A stretch of DNA of 24,000 nt, from assembly GCA_964640555.1 (NCBI GenBank), contig CAZXHI010000093.1, forward strand, positions 45 through 24,044. Reading direction: 5' to 3'. The translations under genes were made by a program, and so were the position numbers. Positions 1-7,601 of this stretch are shown piece after piece. This DNA comes from an uncultured Thermoplasmatales archaeon. GTDB taxonomy: Archaea; Thermoplasmatota; E2; DHVEG-1. Below the pieces are notes generated by a model. It searched no databases, was not told where the DNA came from, and saw only the letters and a program-made list of their open reading frames with translations. Numbering within the stretch: the stretch's first letter is position 1; every line of letters begins with the position of its first letter.

Positions 1-1054
1 GACTTTGAAGTGTTAGTTTCATTATCTTCATATCTTCTTCCATTTTTTTCATCTGTTCATCTTTCTCTGATAACTGTTCTTGAACCTTGCTTATATCCTT
101 GTTTTCCCGTTCAAATACTAACAAACTGTTAACCCCTTTCATATAATACTCTCCCATTTGTTTTTCACTGTATCGCCTGTATGCCTCAGATAAATAAGCA
201 TCATGCCCTGCCAGGGCCTCCGCTACAACCTCAGGGATTTCCAACTTCATAAGGCTTAAGAAGTATTTTCTTAGTACATGTATGTGCATTTCATGTCGTT
301 TCGTTGATTTATCCAACTGGTTATACCCTGCTTTTTCTAAACAGTTATTCCAAAGGTATCTTACCAAAACAGTAGAAATGGGAAAAACCCTTTTGTCGTT
401 TTTCTTTGAAAATGTTTTATTGAGACTTCTTCTATTCCATGAGTTCTGAATATATTTATCCCTAACATTCAACCATTGATTAAGGGCCTCTGCTGCCTCA
501 TGCGATATAAATACGAATCTCTTATTACCGCTTTTTGTGTAGTTGGCCCTTATGTCAATCTTAACGGGGTTACTATCCCAGTCTATATCATCTAGTTGTA
601 TTTTTGTGATCTCTCCTATTCTCATGCCACTTGATGAAAGTATAAGACCTATTGCCCTTGTCTTAATGTCACCATGCAAAAGTATCTCTTTTAACTGTTG
701 GTTAGTTGGTGCTTTGTCTATTGTTACCGCTTTGTTTCCTGTTCTAAGGTTTTTCAGATCTTCCCATATGTAACCTTTTAGTTCTACGTCATTACGCATA
801 AGGAATTTTTTTATCACACTGGCTGTAACGTTGAATGTCTTTGCAGGTGCTTTCTCCATTGTCTTAAAAAACTTTTCAACATCTTCCTGGTAGTTTCTAC
901 CATCGGTAAAATATTGATCTGGGTTTATGTTATAGTATGCAAAGTATTTTCTTAATAAGCATCCATATGTCGTTTGTGTGCTTTTGCTTTTGTATCTCAC
1001 CAAAAATTTATTGATCGTTGGTGATTCATAATAATCATATTTTCGTTCTACCAT
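1..1054 (-). CDS. Tyrosine recombinase / phage-type integrase; the C-terminal end runs off the left window edge (absent from the supplied ORF track)
   Basis: Manual translation of the minus strand from ATG (1054-1052) stays open for 351 codons to position 2. I checked every in-frame triplet and found no tta/cta/tca on the + strand. An in-frame stop lies just upstream at 1061-1063. Protein begins MVERKYDYYESPTINKFLVRYKSKSTQTTYG... Catalytic signature is present: 'SSSGMRIGEI' (box I Arg), 'HVLRKYF' (His-x-x-Arg) and 'LAGHDAYLSEAYRRY' (His plus Tyr nucleophile region). A K/E/M-rich tail follows (ENKDISKVQEQLSEKDEQMKKMEEDMKIMKLTLQS...). Confidence 0.85.
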   Translation of the reverse strand, partial: MVERKYDYYESPTINKFLVRYKSKSTQTTYGCLLRKYFAYYNINPDQYFTDGRNYQEDVEKFFKTMEKAPAKTFNVTASVIKKFLMRNDVELKGYIWEDLKNLRTGNKAVTIDKAPTNQQLKEILLHGDIKTRAIGLILSSSGMRIGEITKIQLDDIDWDSNPVKIDIRANYTKSGNKRFVFISHEAAEALNQWLNVRDKYIQNSWNRRSLNKTFSKKNDKRVFPISTVLVRYLWNNCLEKAGYNQLDKSTKRHEMHIHVLRKYFLSLMKLEIPEVVAEALAGHDAYLSEAYRRYSEKQMGEYYMKGVNSLLVFERENKDISKVQEQLSEKDEQMKKMEEDMKIMKLTLQS

Positions 1055-1227
1055 TTCAATTCACAAAAATGTAATGTACTCTGTTGTATTTAAATGTTTG
1101 TAAAAAGTAACGTGGTTATTAACCTCGTATAAAATCATTAAAAAGGTAAACATTGAATTATCATCTAAAGAAGATGCAGAGGACATTCATACTGTGATGA
1201 AAATCAAATAAAAACATCTCTTGCAAT

Positions 1228-1437
1228 CTATCCACCACTTATCATATGAATAACATCAACCCGGGAGTTATCAGGTACAACCACGTCCGGAAAATCTTTC
1301 CTAGGAATGACTTTTTGGTCAATTTTTACAACAACAAGAGGAAAAGTATATCTCATTCTCCTAAGCAATTGCTTGATGGTTTCATTTTCCACCCAGTCAA
1401 TCTTTCTACCGTTTACTTCAATACCCACTGTCTCCAC
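1228..1437 (-). CDS. thiS: ThiS/MoaD-family ubiquitin-like sulfur carrier protein (69 aa, C-terminal Gly-Gly)
   Basis: Small beta-grasp-like protein ending ...VDVIHMISGG followed by stop. Its start overlaps the 3' end of the upstream ThiF-like gene by 20 nt (1418-1437), suggesting one operon. Confidence 0.8.
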   Translation of the reverse strand: METVGIEVNGRKIDWVENETIKQLLRRMRYTFPLVVVKIDQKVIPRKDFPDVVVPDNSRVDVIHMISGG

Positions 1438-2020
1438 CTAGTATGATCTCAAGTGCCAGATCTGCCTCCCAGTTTGCCATAAGACAAACACGTGGGGCCA
1501 AAAGTACATCATCTTCACTAGACTTGGCCTGCTCATCATAGCACATATACAGTGCGCCAAAACGTTTTGTAACAATTCTATCGGAATTTCCATACCCTGC
1601 CACCCCCGACGCAGCAACAACTGGTTTATCCGGAAGTTTCAAAAGTATCTCTTCTACAAATTCTGTCTTTGTTTCAGCATTGTCTAGAGCTTCTATAACT
1701 ACATCAACGTCATGGAATGGCTGTTCCATCGATCCTTTCTCCAGTTTTTGGTTGAGAATTTCAACTTTAACTGCCGAGTTAATTCTTTTTATGTTGTCCT
1801 TTAAAGCTTCGACCTTGATTTTTCCAACTTGGTCCAAGAAATAATATTGCCTATCTAGGTTGCTTTCCTCAATTTCATCAAAATCAACCAGCACAAGTCG
1901 CCCTATTCCAGCACGAGCAAGAGCAACAGCTGCATTAGAACCGAGACCACCAGCCCCTGCAACACCAACACTTGACTTTTGAAGTTTTTCCTTTATTTTA
2001 TCAAATTTTTGTTTGTCCAT
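1418..2020 (-). CDS. thiF: Short ThiF/E1-like adenylyltransferase (200 aa)
   Basis: Rossmann nucleotide loop 'VGVAGAGGLGSNAA' and the E1/ThiF/MoeB signature 'LVDFDEIEESNLDRQ'. It lacks the C-terminal Zn/rhodanese regions of MoeB/UbaA-type enzymes. Translationally overlapped with the ThiS-like gene. Confidence 0.8.
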   Translation of the reverse strand: MDKQKFDKIKEKLQKSSVGVAGAGGLGSNAAVALARAGIGRLVLVDFDEIEESNLDRQYYFLDQVGKIKVEALKDNIKRINSAVKVEILNQKLEKGSMEQPFHDVDVVIEALDNAETKTEFVEEILLKLPDKPVVAASGVAGYGNSDRIVTKRFGALYMCYDEQAKSSEDDVLLAPRVCLMANWEADLALEIILGGDSGY

Positions 2021-2873
2021 AGAGTTGACATTTCTCCTATTTACTTATACCAGTAACCTTTAATCATTTTTACTTCTTTTTCTGGATTTAAACTCCACAT
2101 CTAGTTAATTTGTTTTTTGAGCGCTGGTCATTCCAACTAATACTAATTTAACTAAAGTTCAAAGGGATACTAAAATTTGGTGAACGCTAAGAAGGCTTTT
2201 TTCCATGGTATCTCCCTTTTCTATCGAGGGCTTTGGAAAATCCTTTATAGAAGTCTCTTTATGGTCATCACCATCACTTATGTACAAGGAGTGAGAAATG
2301 GATGAGTTTTAGCAGTTTTATCCTAAAGCAACAGGATCAAAAAAATGAAAGGTTTTGGAGACCGTCCTGCTCTGATGAAACAACAGATAGGTTGGAAACT
2401 TTTTATTCCATTTGTTTGCTTTAGAACGGAAACGGTTAAGCAGAACCTAGGAAAAAATCATAATCTATGGAGAAAAAGGGTCAAAAGTCATTGGAAATAC
2501 GTGAAAAAATCAGGGAAATATAGGAACTTAGCATGATTTCACGTAAATAAAATGGAAATAAAAAAACAGAAGATTATCCAAACCGCTCTATAGATTGTAT
2601 GCTTCAGCCAGATGAAGGAGAACCCAAAGAATACTGTGCTGTAAAAACAAAAAAGAATAGTTTTATCTCTAGTGTTCTTAAAAAATTCGATAGAAAACCA
2701 AAAGAACCTAAAATTAATTTTTCCCTCGATGACATTCTCCTTGTAAATGGCCCGCCACTGGAAAAATAATTAGATTCCATAATAAATCGTCTTTTTTAAA
2801 ATACATCACACAAAGCAAATATTTAAGAAGGTGATTTTTATATGACCCCCCATTAGAACATAGGAGCATAAAA

Positions 2874-3068
2874 ATGACAGAAGGAACAGTAAAATTCTTT
2901 AACATGAGAAAAAACTTTGGGTTTATAACCGGGGACGATGGAAAAGATTACTTCGTCCATACAAGCGGATTAGCCGAAGGAACTTCATTAAATGAAGGAG
3001 ATAAAGTCTCTTTTGAAGTTGTCGAAGGAGATAAAGGCGAAAAGGCTGAGAAAGTTAAAAAGCTTTAA
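2874..3068 (+). CDS. Cold-shock domain protein (CspA family, 64 aa)
   Basis: MTEGTVKFFNMRKNFGFITGDDGKDYFVHTSGL... carries RNP1-like 'KNFGFI' and RNP2-like 'YFVHT' motifs. SD-like 'taggag' lies about 8 nt upstream of the ATG. Confidence 0.9.
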   Translation: MTEGTVKFFNMRKNFGFITGDDGKDYFVHTSGLAEGTSLNEGDKVSFEVVEGDKGEKAEKVKKL

Positions 3069-3154
3069 TCCCTTTTTTAAATTATCCATATAAGAACATG
3101 GATTTGTTACAAATCAATCTTGAGGTTGAGTTGTAATAGTTGTTTGTCGAAAGA

Positions 3155-3185
3155 GTGGGTGCTAATGCCCACAGACGTTTTTTTT
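3155..3185 (+). terminator. Hairpin plus T8 tract, about 90 nt downstream of csp
   Basis: GTGGG (3155-3159) pairs with CCCAC (3168-3172) across an 8-nt loop, followed by agacg and TTTTTTTT (3178-3185). A T6 run also lies directly after the csp stop (about 3072-3078). Oligo-T tracts are archaeal termination signals. Confidence 0.4.
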
Positions 3186-3339
3186 ATCCATCAAAACCCC
3201 CATTTAGAGTATAAACAATAGTGGCGATAAGTTATATCCCCATTGAAGATATTCGCCAATAGTTAAAGTGTGAACATTGAACCATTAGCAGGTATTCCTA
3301 ACGAGAATATACTATTTATTAACATGATTAGTTTATGAA

Positions 3340-3627
3340 ATGGAAAATGGAAGATTATTTATTATCTATTGTAACCAAAGTAGTCGTCTCAGTAGCTGGA
3401 AACTAGATGAAAGTACAATCAACTTTGACATAAATCTAAGGGATTTTCAATTAGATGAACAGCGAAATTTATCAAAAATCGACAATCTCCGAATTGTTGC
3501 TAAATTACCCACATCAAACAAAGGCATCAAAAAACAACCCAATATTATGCGTTTACTCGTTGCTGGTAGTATTGAGTTCATCAAATATTTAGGGACAAAA
3601 AAAACGATTCTCCATCTTCACAAGTAA
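3340..3627 (+). CDS. Hypothetical protein (95 aa), no recognisable motif
   Basis: Only the ORF-track entry supports it. It lies in a gene-poor, AT-rich stretch and I see no clear SD. Confidence 0.3.
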   Translation: MENGRLFIIYCNQSSRLSSWKLDESTINFDINLRDFQLDEQRNLSKIDNLRIVAKLPTSNKGIKKQPNIMRLLVAGSIEFIKYLGTKKTILHLHK

Positions 3628-3810
3628 AACAAGATTTCAAACTATTTTTATTACATATGAAAATATGCCCCCGTTGGGAATTACATTGTTCACCAGGAGC
3701 AAATTTTAGGAGAATTTTGTAAAATAGATAGAGTCTTGTTTTATATTAATTCTGTTCAGATCGTGGAATGAATATCAATTTGAAAAAATACATATGTTAA
3801 CAGTATTTAC

Positions 3811-3945
3811 TTAATGTTTGGCTAATGCACTAAGTGTTTTTTTATGTCCATTTGCTATTTTAACGATTTCTCGAAATTCTTCATCAGCAATTTTTTTCCT
3901 AGTTTCTTCTGAAATGTTATCTTTCAAATTTTTTGATTTTGCCAT
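3811..3945 (-). CDS. Candidate 44-aa ORF overlapping the 3' end of doc (speculative antitoxin candidate)
   Basis: Manual translation gives ATG (3945-3943) ... TAA (3813-3811): MAKSKNLKDNISEETRKKIADEEFREIVKIANGHKKTLSALAKH. It is in the +1 frame relative to doc, overlaps doc by 29 nt, and is too short for the ORF track to report. No homology recognised. Confidence 0.2.
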   Translation of the reverse strand: MAKSKNLKDNISEETRKKIADEEFREIVKIANGHKKTLSALAKH

Positions 3946-4315
3946 TCATAATCCACTCTTTTATTTCATTTTTAGAATAATAATTTTCTCTTATACCAAT
4001 CATTACCTTAACATTATTTATCGTATCAGGTATATTAAATTTTCCTCCATTATTGAGGACAAACTTTTTTGTTGAGAGAAAAGCAGTTCGTTTATTTCCA
4101 CTTTCAAAAGCATGTATGCGTGTTAATTCAATGAGTAATCGTGCCGCTTTATCATAAATGTCCCCTGGATCTATTTTTGTTTTATCTATAGTTCTTTGTA
4201 TATATGAAACACTAATCGTTTTTGCTTGATCACTTTTACTTTTTCTAAACATTTCAATTGCAATAGTGTTATAATACTGAATCTCATCAATAGTAGGATA
4301 CACAATTACAACCAT
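3917..4315 (-). CDS. doc: Doc (death-on-curing) / Fic-family toxin
   Basis: Fic-fold active-site motif in its Doc variant: 'IHAFESGNKRTAFL' (H-x-F-x-[DE]-x-N-K-R, with Lys where AMPylating Fic proteins have Gly). Size (132 aa) is typical for Doc. Confidence 0.8.
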   Translation of the reverse strand: MVVIVYPTIDEIQYYNTIAIEMFRKSKSDQAKTISVSYIQRTIDKTKIDPGDIYDKAARLLIELTRIHAFESGNKRTAFLSTKKFVLNNGGKFNIPDTINNVKVMIGIRENYYSKNEIKEWIMNGKIKKFER

Positions 4316-4452
4316 GAAAGAGTTGAAAGAGAGGGAAGCGTATAATCTTTACGTTTATTTATAAAAAATATCTAAATTTTCTACATTATGCTAATCAAAC
4401 TATTGTTGGATTGAAATCAAATATCCCTCTCCTATGCCCATACTAAAGTTAG

Positions 4453-4527
4453 TGCTCCCGACGGGATTCGAACCCGTGTAGCCAGCTCGAAAGGCTGGAA
4501 TGATTGACCGGACTACACCACGGGAGC
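4453..4527 (-). tRNA. tRNA-Glu (anticodon UUC), 75 nt, no encoded CCA
   Basis: Reverse complement: GCTCCCGTGGTGTAGTCCGGTCAATCATTCCAGCCTTTCGAGCTGGCTACACGGGTTCGAATCCCGTCGGGAGCA. Folds with a 7-bp acceptor stem (GCTCCCG/CGGGAGC), anticodon stem CCAGC/GCTGG, loop CTTTCGA (U33, anticodon TTC), T arm ACGGG-TTCGAAT-CCCGT and discriminator A. Confidence 0.93.
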
Positions 4528-4535
4528 AAATTGAG

Positions 4536-4607
4536 CAGCCCTGTCCAGATTCGAACTGGAGTCGCTGGCTCCAAAGGCCAGCATGTTAACCACTACACCA
4601 CAGGGCC
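4536..4607 (-). tRNA. tRNA-Gln (anticodon UUG), 72 nt, no encoded CCA
   Basis: Reverse complement: GGCCCTGTGGTGTAGTGGTTAACATGCTGGCCTTTGGAGCCAGCGACTCCAGTTCGAATCTGGACAGGGCTG. Folds with acceptor GGCCCTG/CAGGGCT (G1-U72 wobble), D stem GTGT/ACAT, anticodon stem CTGGC/GCCAG, loop CTTTGGA (anticodon TTG) and T arm TCCAG-TTCGAAT-CTGGA. Only 8 nt separate it from tRNA-Glu, so the two are probably co-transcribed. Confidence 0.9.
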
Positions 4608-4894
4608 TAGCTGTCATGAATGTAGCGGGAAGGATTACAATAATCATATATAGCGTTTTGGATATTTCAATGTTTTATTCCATGGAGTATCGTCGCTTGT
4701 CCAAAACATGCTCTTTTCGCATATTTTTGTATATGAAACGAAAACTTCGATTTATTGGCAACAGTTCGTTTTTGGCAATCCCTAAATAAGTATGTGATTT
4801 ATATAATTTTCAGCACGAAGATAAAACGAGCATAGAATCAATTTGGTATATGTAAACCCTTTATATATTTAGATTCTTATTTCCATAGGAGGTA

Positions 4895-5380
4895 ATGCGT
4901 TTGATAAATGGGGAACTTCCAGATAAAATTTCTAATATGCTGAAAAATCAAAAATTAGTAATTGCAACAGCTGAATCTTGTACAGGTGGTCTTATTGCAC
5001 ATACATTGACAAATATTTCTGGTAGTTCAGAATATTTTGATAGAGGAATTGTTTCATATAGTAATAGGGCCAAAATGGAATTGTTAGATGTTCCTGAAGA
5101 TATGTTGAAAAAATATGGTGCTGTTAGCATGGAAGTGGCAAAGAGTATGGCAAAAGGTGTTAGAATTAAATCAAATGTGGATATTGGTATATCTACTACA
5201 GGCATTGCTGGCCCTACAGGTGGTTCTAAAGAAAAGCCAGTAGGCCTGGTATTTATTGCTGTTTCAACGGAGAGAAACACAGTTGTTAAAAAATTTAATT
5301 TTTCAGGAGATAGATCGCAGAACAAAAAAAGCACCTGTGACGCAGCACTTGACATGCTTCTAGATTTTCTGACCAGATGA
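4895..5380 (+). CDS. CinA C-terminal domain protein / nicotinamide-nucleotide amidohydrolase (PncC-like)
   Basis: 'VIATAESCTGGLIAHTLTNISGSSEYFDRGIVSYSN' and 'GISTTGIAGPTGG...KPVGLVFIAV' are hallmark CinA-C/PncC motifs. Strong SD 'ggaggt' lies about 3 nt (2-7 nt) upstream of the ATG. Confidence 0.9.
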   Translation: MRLINGELPDKISNMLKNQKLVIATAESCTGGLIAHTLTNISGSSEYFDRGIVSYSNRAKMELLDVPEDMLKKYGAVSMEVAKSMAKGVRIKSNVDIGISTTGIAGPTGGSKEKPVGLVFIAVSTERNTVVKKFNFSGDRSQNKKSTCDAALDMLLDFLTR

Positions 5381-5392
5381 TGGTGATATCGA

Positions 5393-6439
5393 TTGTTACA
5401 CATAGATGGTTCATATGGTGAAGGCGGTGGGCAGATTCTACGTACTGCCGTTGCACTTTCAGTTTTAACAAAAAAACCAGTTGAAATAACTAATATCCGT
5501 GCTAATCGATCAAATCCAGGTATAAAACCACAGCACTATGCAGCCATAAAAATTATAGGCGAACTATGCAACGCAGAAACAAGTGGATTAAACATTGGGT
5601 CATCCAGTTTAACATTCTCACCTAGGGAAATCACAGGCGGAGAGTATAATTTTGATATAGGTACTGCAGGGAGTATTATGCTAGTTTTTCAGGCATGCAT
5701 ACTATGTTCAGTAAAGACAAAAACACCAATAACACTACAAGTAATCGGTGGGACAGATGTAAAATGGTCGCCATCATGGGATTATTTCAAACATATTTTT
5801 CTACCATTGATGAAAAAAATGGGATTACCGGTAAGTGCACATTTGATAAGACGAGGATATTATCCAAAAGGAGGAGGCGAAGTCGTACTCACCATCCAGC
5901 CATGCAAAGACATCCAACCATTAAAACTAGATAAAAAACAGGAATTTACAACAGTTGAGGGTATTATCAATATTGCAAATCTTTCAGAACACATAAGCAA
6001 AAGGATGAAGCACACAGCAATAAAAACATTGCTCAAAAAAAACCTGGAAGCATCATTAAAAATAGAAAAGGCTACATCACTCTCTGCAGGTACCGGAATT
6101 ACTGTATGGACACAAACACACAATGTCATTCTTGGTGCAACAGTTCTAGGGGAAAGAGGACTGCCTGCCGAAAAAATTGGAGAAAACGTTGCAACAGAGC
6201 TCATCCGTGAAATCGAATCAGGCGCAACACTTGATACCCATGCCTTTGACCAGATACTACCGTATATGGCCTTGGCAAGAAATAATGAGCAGTCTTCATG
6301 TATTGTGAAAGAGATAAGTAGTCATGCGCAGACTAACATGTGGCTTATTCGTCAATTCTTCAATAATCAAGATATGTTCCATATAGAAAATAAAGAAGAT
6401 TTTAAGATCATTAGAGTTAAAGGAATCGGCTATTTATAA
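5393..6439 (+). CDS. rtcA: RNA 3'-terminal phosphate cyclase
   Basis: N-terminus 'IDGSYGEGGGQILRTAVALSVLTKKPVEITNIRANRSNPGIKPQH' is the RtcA signature. The start codon is TTG (5393-5395): an in-frame stop at 5384-5386 excludes the upstream ATGs, and SD-like 'ggtga' lies 6 nt upstream. Starts 12 nt after the cinA-like stop, so likely one operon. Confidence 0.92.
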   Translation: MLHIDGSYGEGGGQILRTAVALSVLTKKPVEITNIRANRSNPGIKPQHYAAIKIIGELCNAETSGLNIGSSSLTFSPREITGGEYNFDIGTAGSIMLVFQACILCSVKTKTPITLQVIGGTDVKWSPSWDYFKHIFLPLMKKMGLPVSAHLIRRGYYPKGGGEVVLTIQPCKDIQPLKLDKKQEFTTVEGIINIANLSEHISKRMKHTAIKTLLKKNLEASLKIEKATSLSAGTGITVWTQTHNVILGATVLGERGLPAEKIGENVATELIREIESGATLDTHAFDQILPYMALARNNEQSSCIVKEISSHAQTNMWLIRQFFNNQDMFHIENKEDFKIIRVKGIGYL

Positions 6440-6510
6440 AAGTGTTTTATGTGAAATATCGCACCTACAATATACAGGAAAAATTCTAGTAATAGAAAAA
6501 ATTCGATGAT

Positions 6511-6530
6511 TGACGTATTAAAATACGTCA
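6511..6530. repeat. Perfect 20-bp palindrome TGACGTATTAAAATACGTCA
   Basis: 9-nt arms tgacgtatt / aatacgtca around a 2-nt centre, in the 323-bp convergent spacer between rtcA and the PrsW-like gene. Could be a bidirectional terminator hairpin or a dimeric protein-binding site. Confidence 0.6.
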
Positions 6531-6762
6531 CATTTATAAACCACTATTTAATAGTAATTTCTGAGTCGGAGGTCGGATTTATAACAATTAGGTTTACTTT
6601 TTTGTGTATAGACTCACCCACCCCCCCTAGACCTCCTACTTTCCTCCTATTTTTATAATATTGAAAGAAATATTTACTAATTTGTGTTTTCAATAATTTT
6701 GTGCCATGAGGTTGATGAAAAATTGAATGACAACAGTGAAAATAAGGTTAGCGTCATAAATT

Positions 6763-7470
6763 TCATCTGTTTAACATATCAAGGGACTTTATCTTATTCC
6801 TAACAAGACGTATCGATATTGCCACAAATATCAAAGCAGCAAATAGACTTACTACCAATCCCACAATGTCAAGAGAAACGAGAAAATTATAGAAGGCATG
6901 AACAAAAATTGCCAGTACAAAAAATGGAAGTACCCGCAATATTGATTTTCCCAGGATAATTGTTTTTCCATACCCATACCCAGTTAATGCAGTTGCAGAG
7001 GCATGCAGCAGACATCCACCAAAACTTCTGATTATAATCAAAACAAGGAAAACAAATAGCCCTTCAGATAAAAAACACCAACCATATAGCAAATTTTCTG
7101 TTGCCGAAAAACCTAGTCCCGCAACTGCACCATAAATAAGTCCATCCTCAAGTTCGTCAAGCTCTTTTTTAACCGTTTTAGTTCTTAGTGCAAGGGGTTT
7201 TGTCAATTCCTCAGCAAAAGGAGCGATAATTATTGCCGTTACAAGACCAAGAATATTACCATCATCAAAGGAAATAGCAAGAGAAATACCAAGGATCAAC
7301 TCTAAGATTATCGAGGCGACTATAGCAATAGTTGCCCCCCATAAAAAACATACGATTATCGGTTTCCATTTCTCCCTATTGTACTTTTCTGTGTTTCTAA
7401 TCCAAATTGCATATAGTATTGGAGGTAAAAACGCAAAGGAAAACAATAAAATCGTCTCTAATAAGTGCAC
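6763..7470 (-). CDS. PrsW-family intramembrane metalloprotease
   Basis: Polytopic membrane protein with the PrsW motifs 'PFAEELTKP' (EExxK) and 'HAFYNF' (HxxxN). The start codon is GTG. Confidence 0.75.
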   Translation of the reverse strand: MHLLETILLFSFAFLPPILYAIWIRNTEKYNREKWKPIIVCFLWGATIAIVASIILELILGISLAISFDDGNILGLVTAIIIAPFAEELTKPLALRTKTVKKELDELEDGLIYGAVAGLGFSATENLLYGWCFLSEGLFVFLVLIIIRSFGGCLLHASATALTGYGYGKTIILGKSILRVLPFFVLAIFVHAFYNFLVSLDIVGLVVSLFAALIFVAISIRLVRNKIKSLDMLNR

Positions 7471-7601
7471 AATATAGGAAAACCAGTAATAGTTTATTTA
7501 GTTTTTACTTTCTTAAAATATATTGTAGAGTCCAAAATCATTTCCCACTTTAAAAATTGTTGAGATAAGCATATAAGGATGGGAAGGATTTATCGCGATT
7601 T

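Noticed and set aside
543-773. 76-aa + strand ORF
   Set aside because: It lies inside the minus-strand integrase frame, which is open for 351 codons and carries catalytic motifs.
1246-1620. ORFs 1246-1446 (+) and 1438-1620 (-)
   Set aside because: They overlap the ThiS and ThiF genes, in antisense and out of frame respectively. The ThiS/ThiF frames carry the family motifs.
2100-2235. TPP riboswitch upstream of thiF (minus strand). The fragments 'CCCTTTGAAC' and 'TTGGAATGACCAGCG' resemble the consensus ACCCUUUGAACCUGAUCUGGAUAAUGCCAGCG
   Set aside because: The near-invariant CUGAGA pyrimidine-sensor element is absent in the right position. The spacing between the two fragments is too long, and I could not build P1/P2 pairings. 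A covariance-model scan would settle it.
2345-2769. Short ORFs in the thiF-csp spacer: the 63-aa track ORF at 2345-2536 and a manually found 56-aa ORF at 2599-2769 (MLQPDEGEPKEYCAVKTKKNSF...)
   Set aside because: They have no SD, no motifs and a basic low-complexity composition. They may be real small proteins or gene remnants, but the sequence alone does not support a call.
4583-4789. 68-aa + strand ORF
   Set aside because: Its first 25 nt are the antisense of tRNA-Gln, and the rest is the likely tRNA promoter region (TATA-like catatatag at 4645-4653). No coding signal is visible.
4948-5403. 151-aa ORF antisense to the CinA-like gene
   Set aside because: It lies entirely within a well-supported gene on the opposite strand and has a low-complexity composition, so it is a typical shadow ORF. 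The same reasoning applies to 5695-5934, 5860-6204 and 7637-7885.
6611-6650. G-quadruplex on the minus strand of the C-rich tract
   Set aside because: There are only two G-runs of three or more (GGGGGGG and GGG). The others are GG, so at best a weak two-tetrad structure could form.
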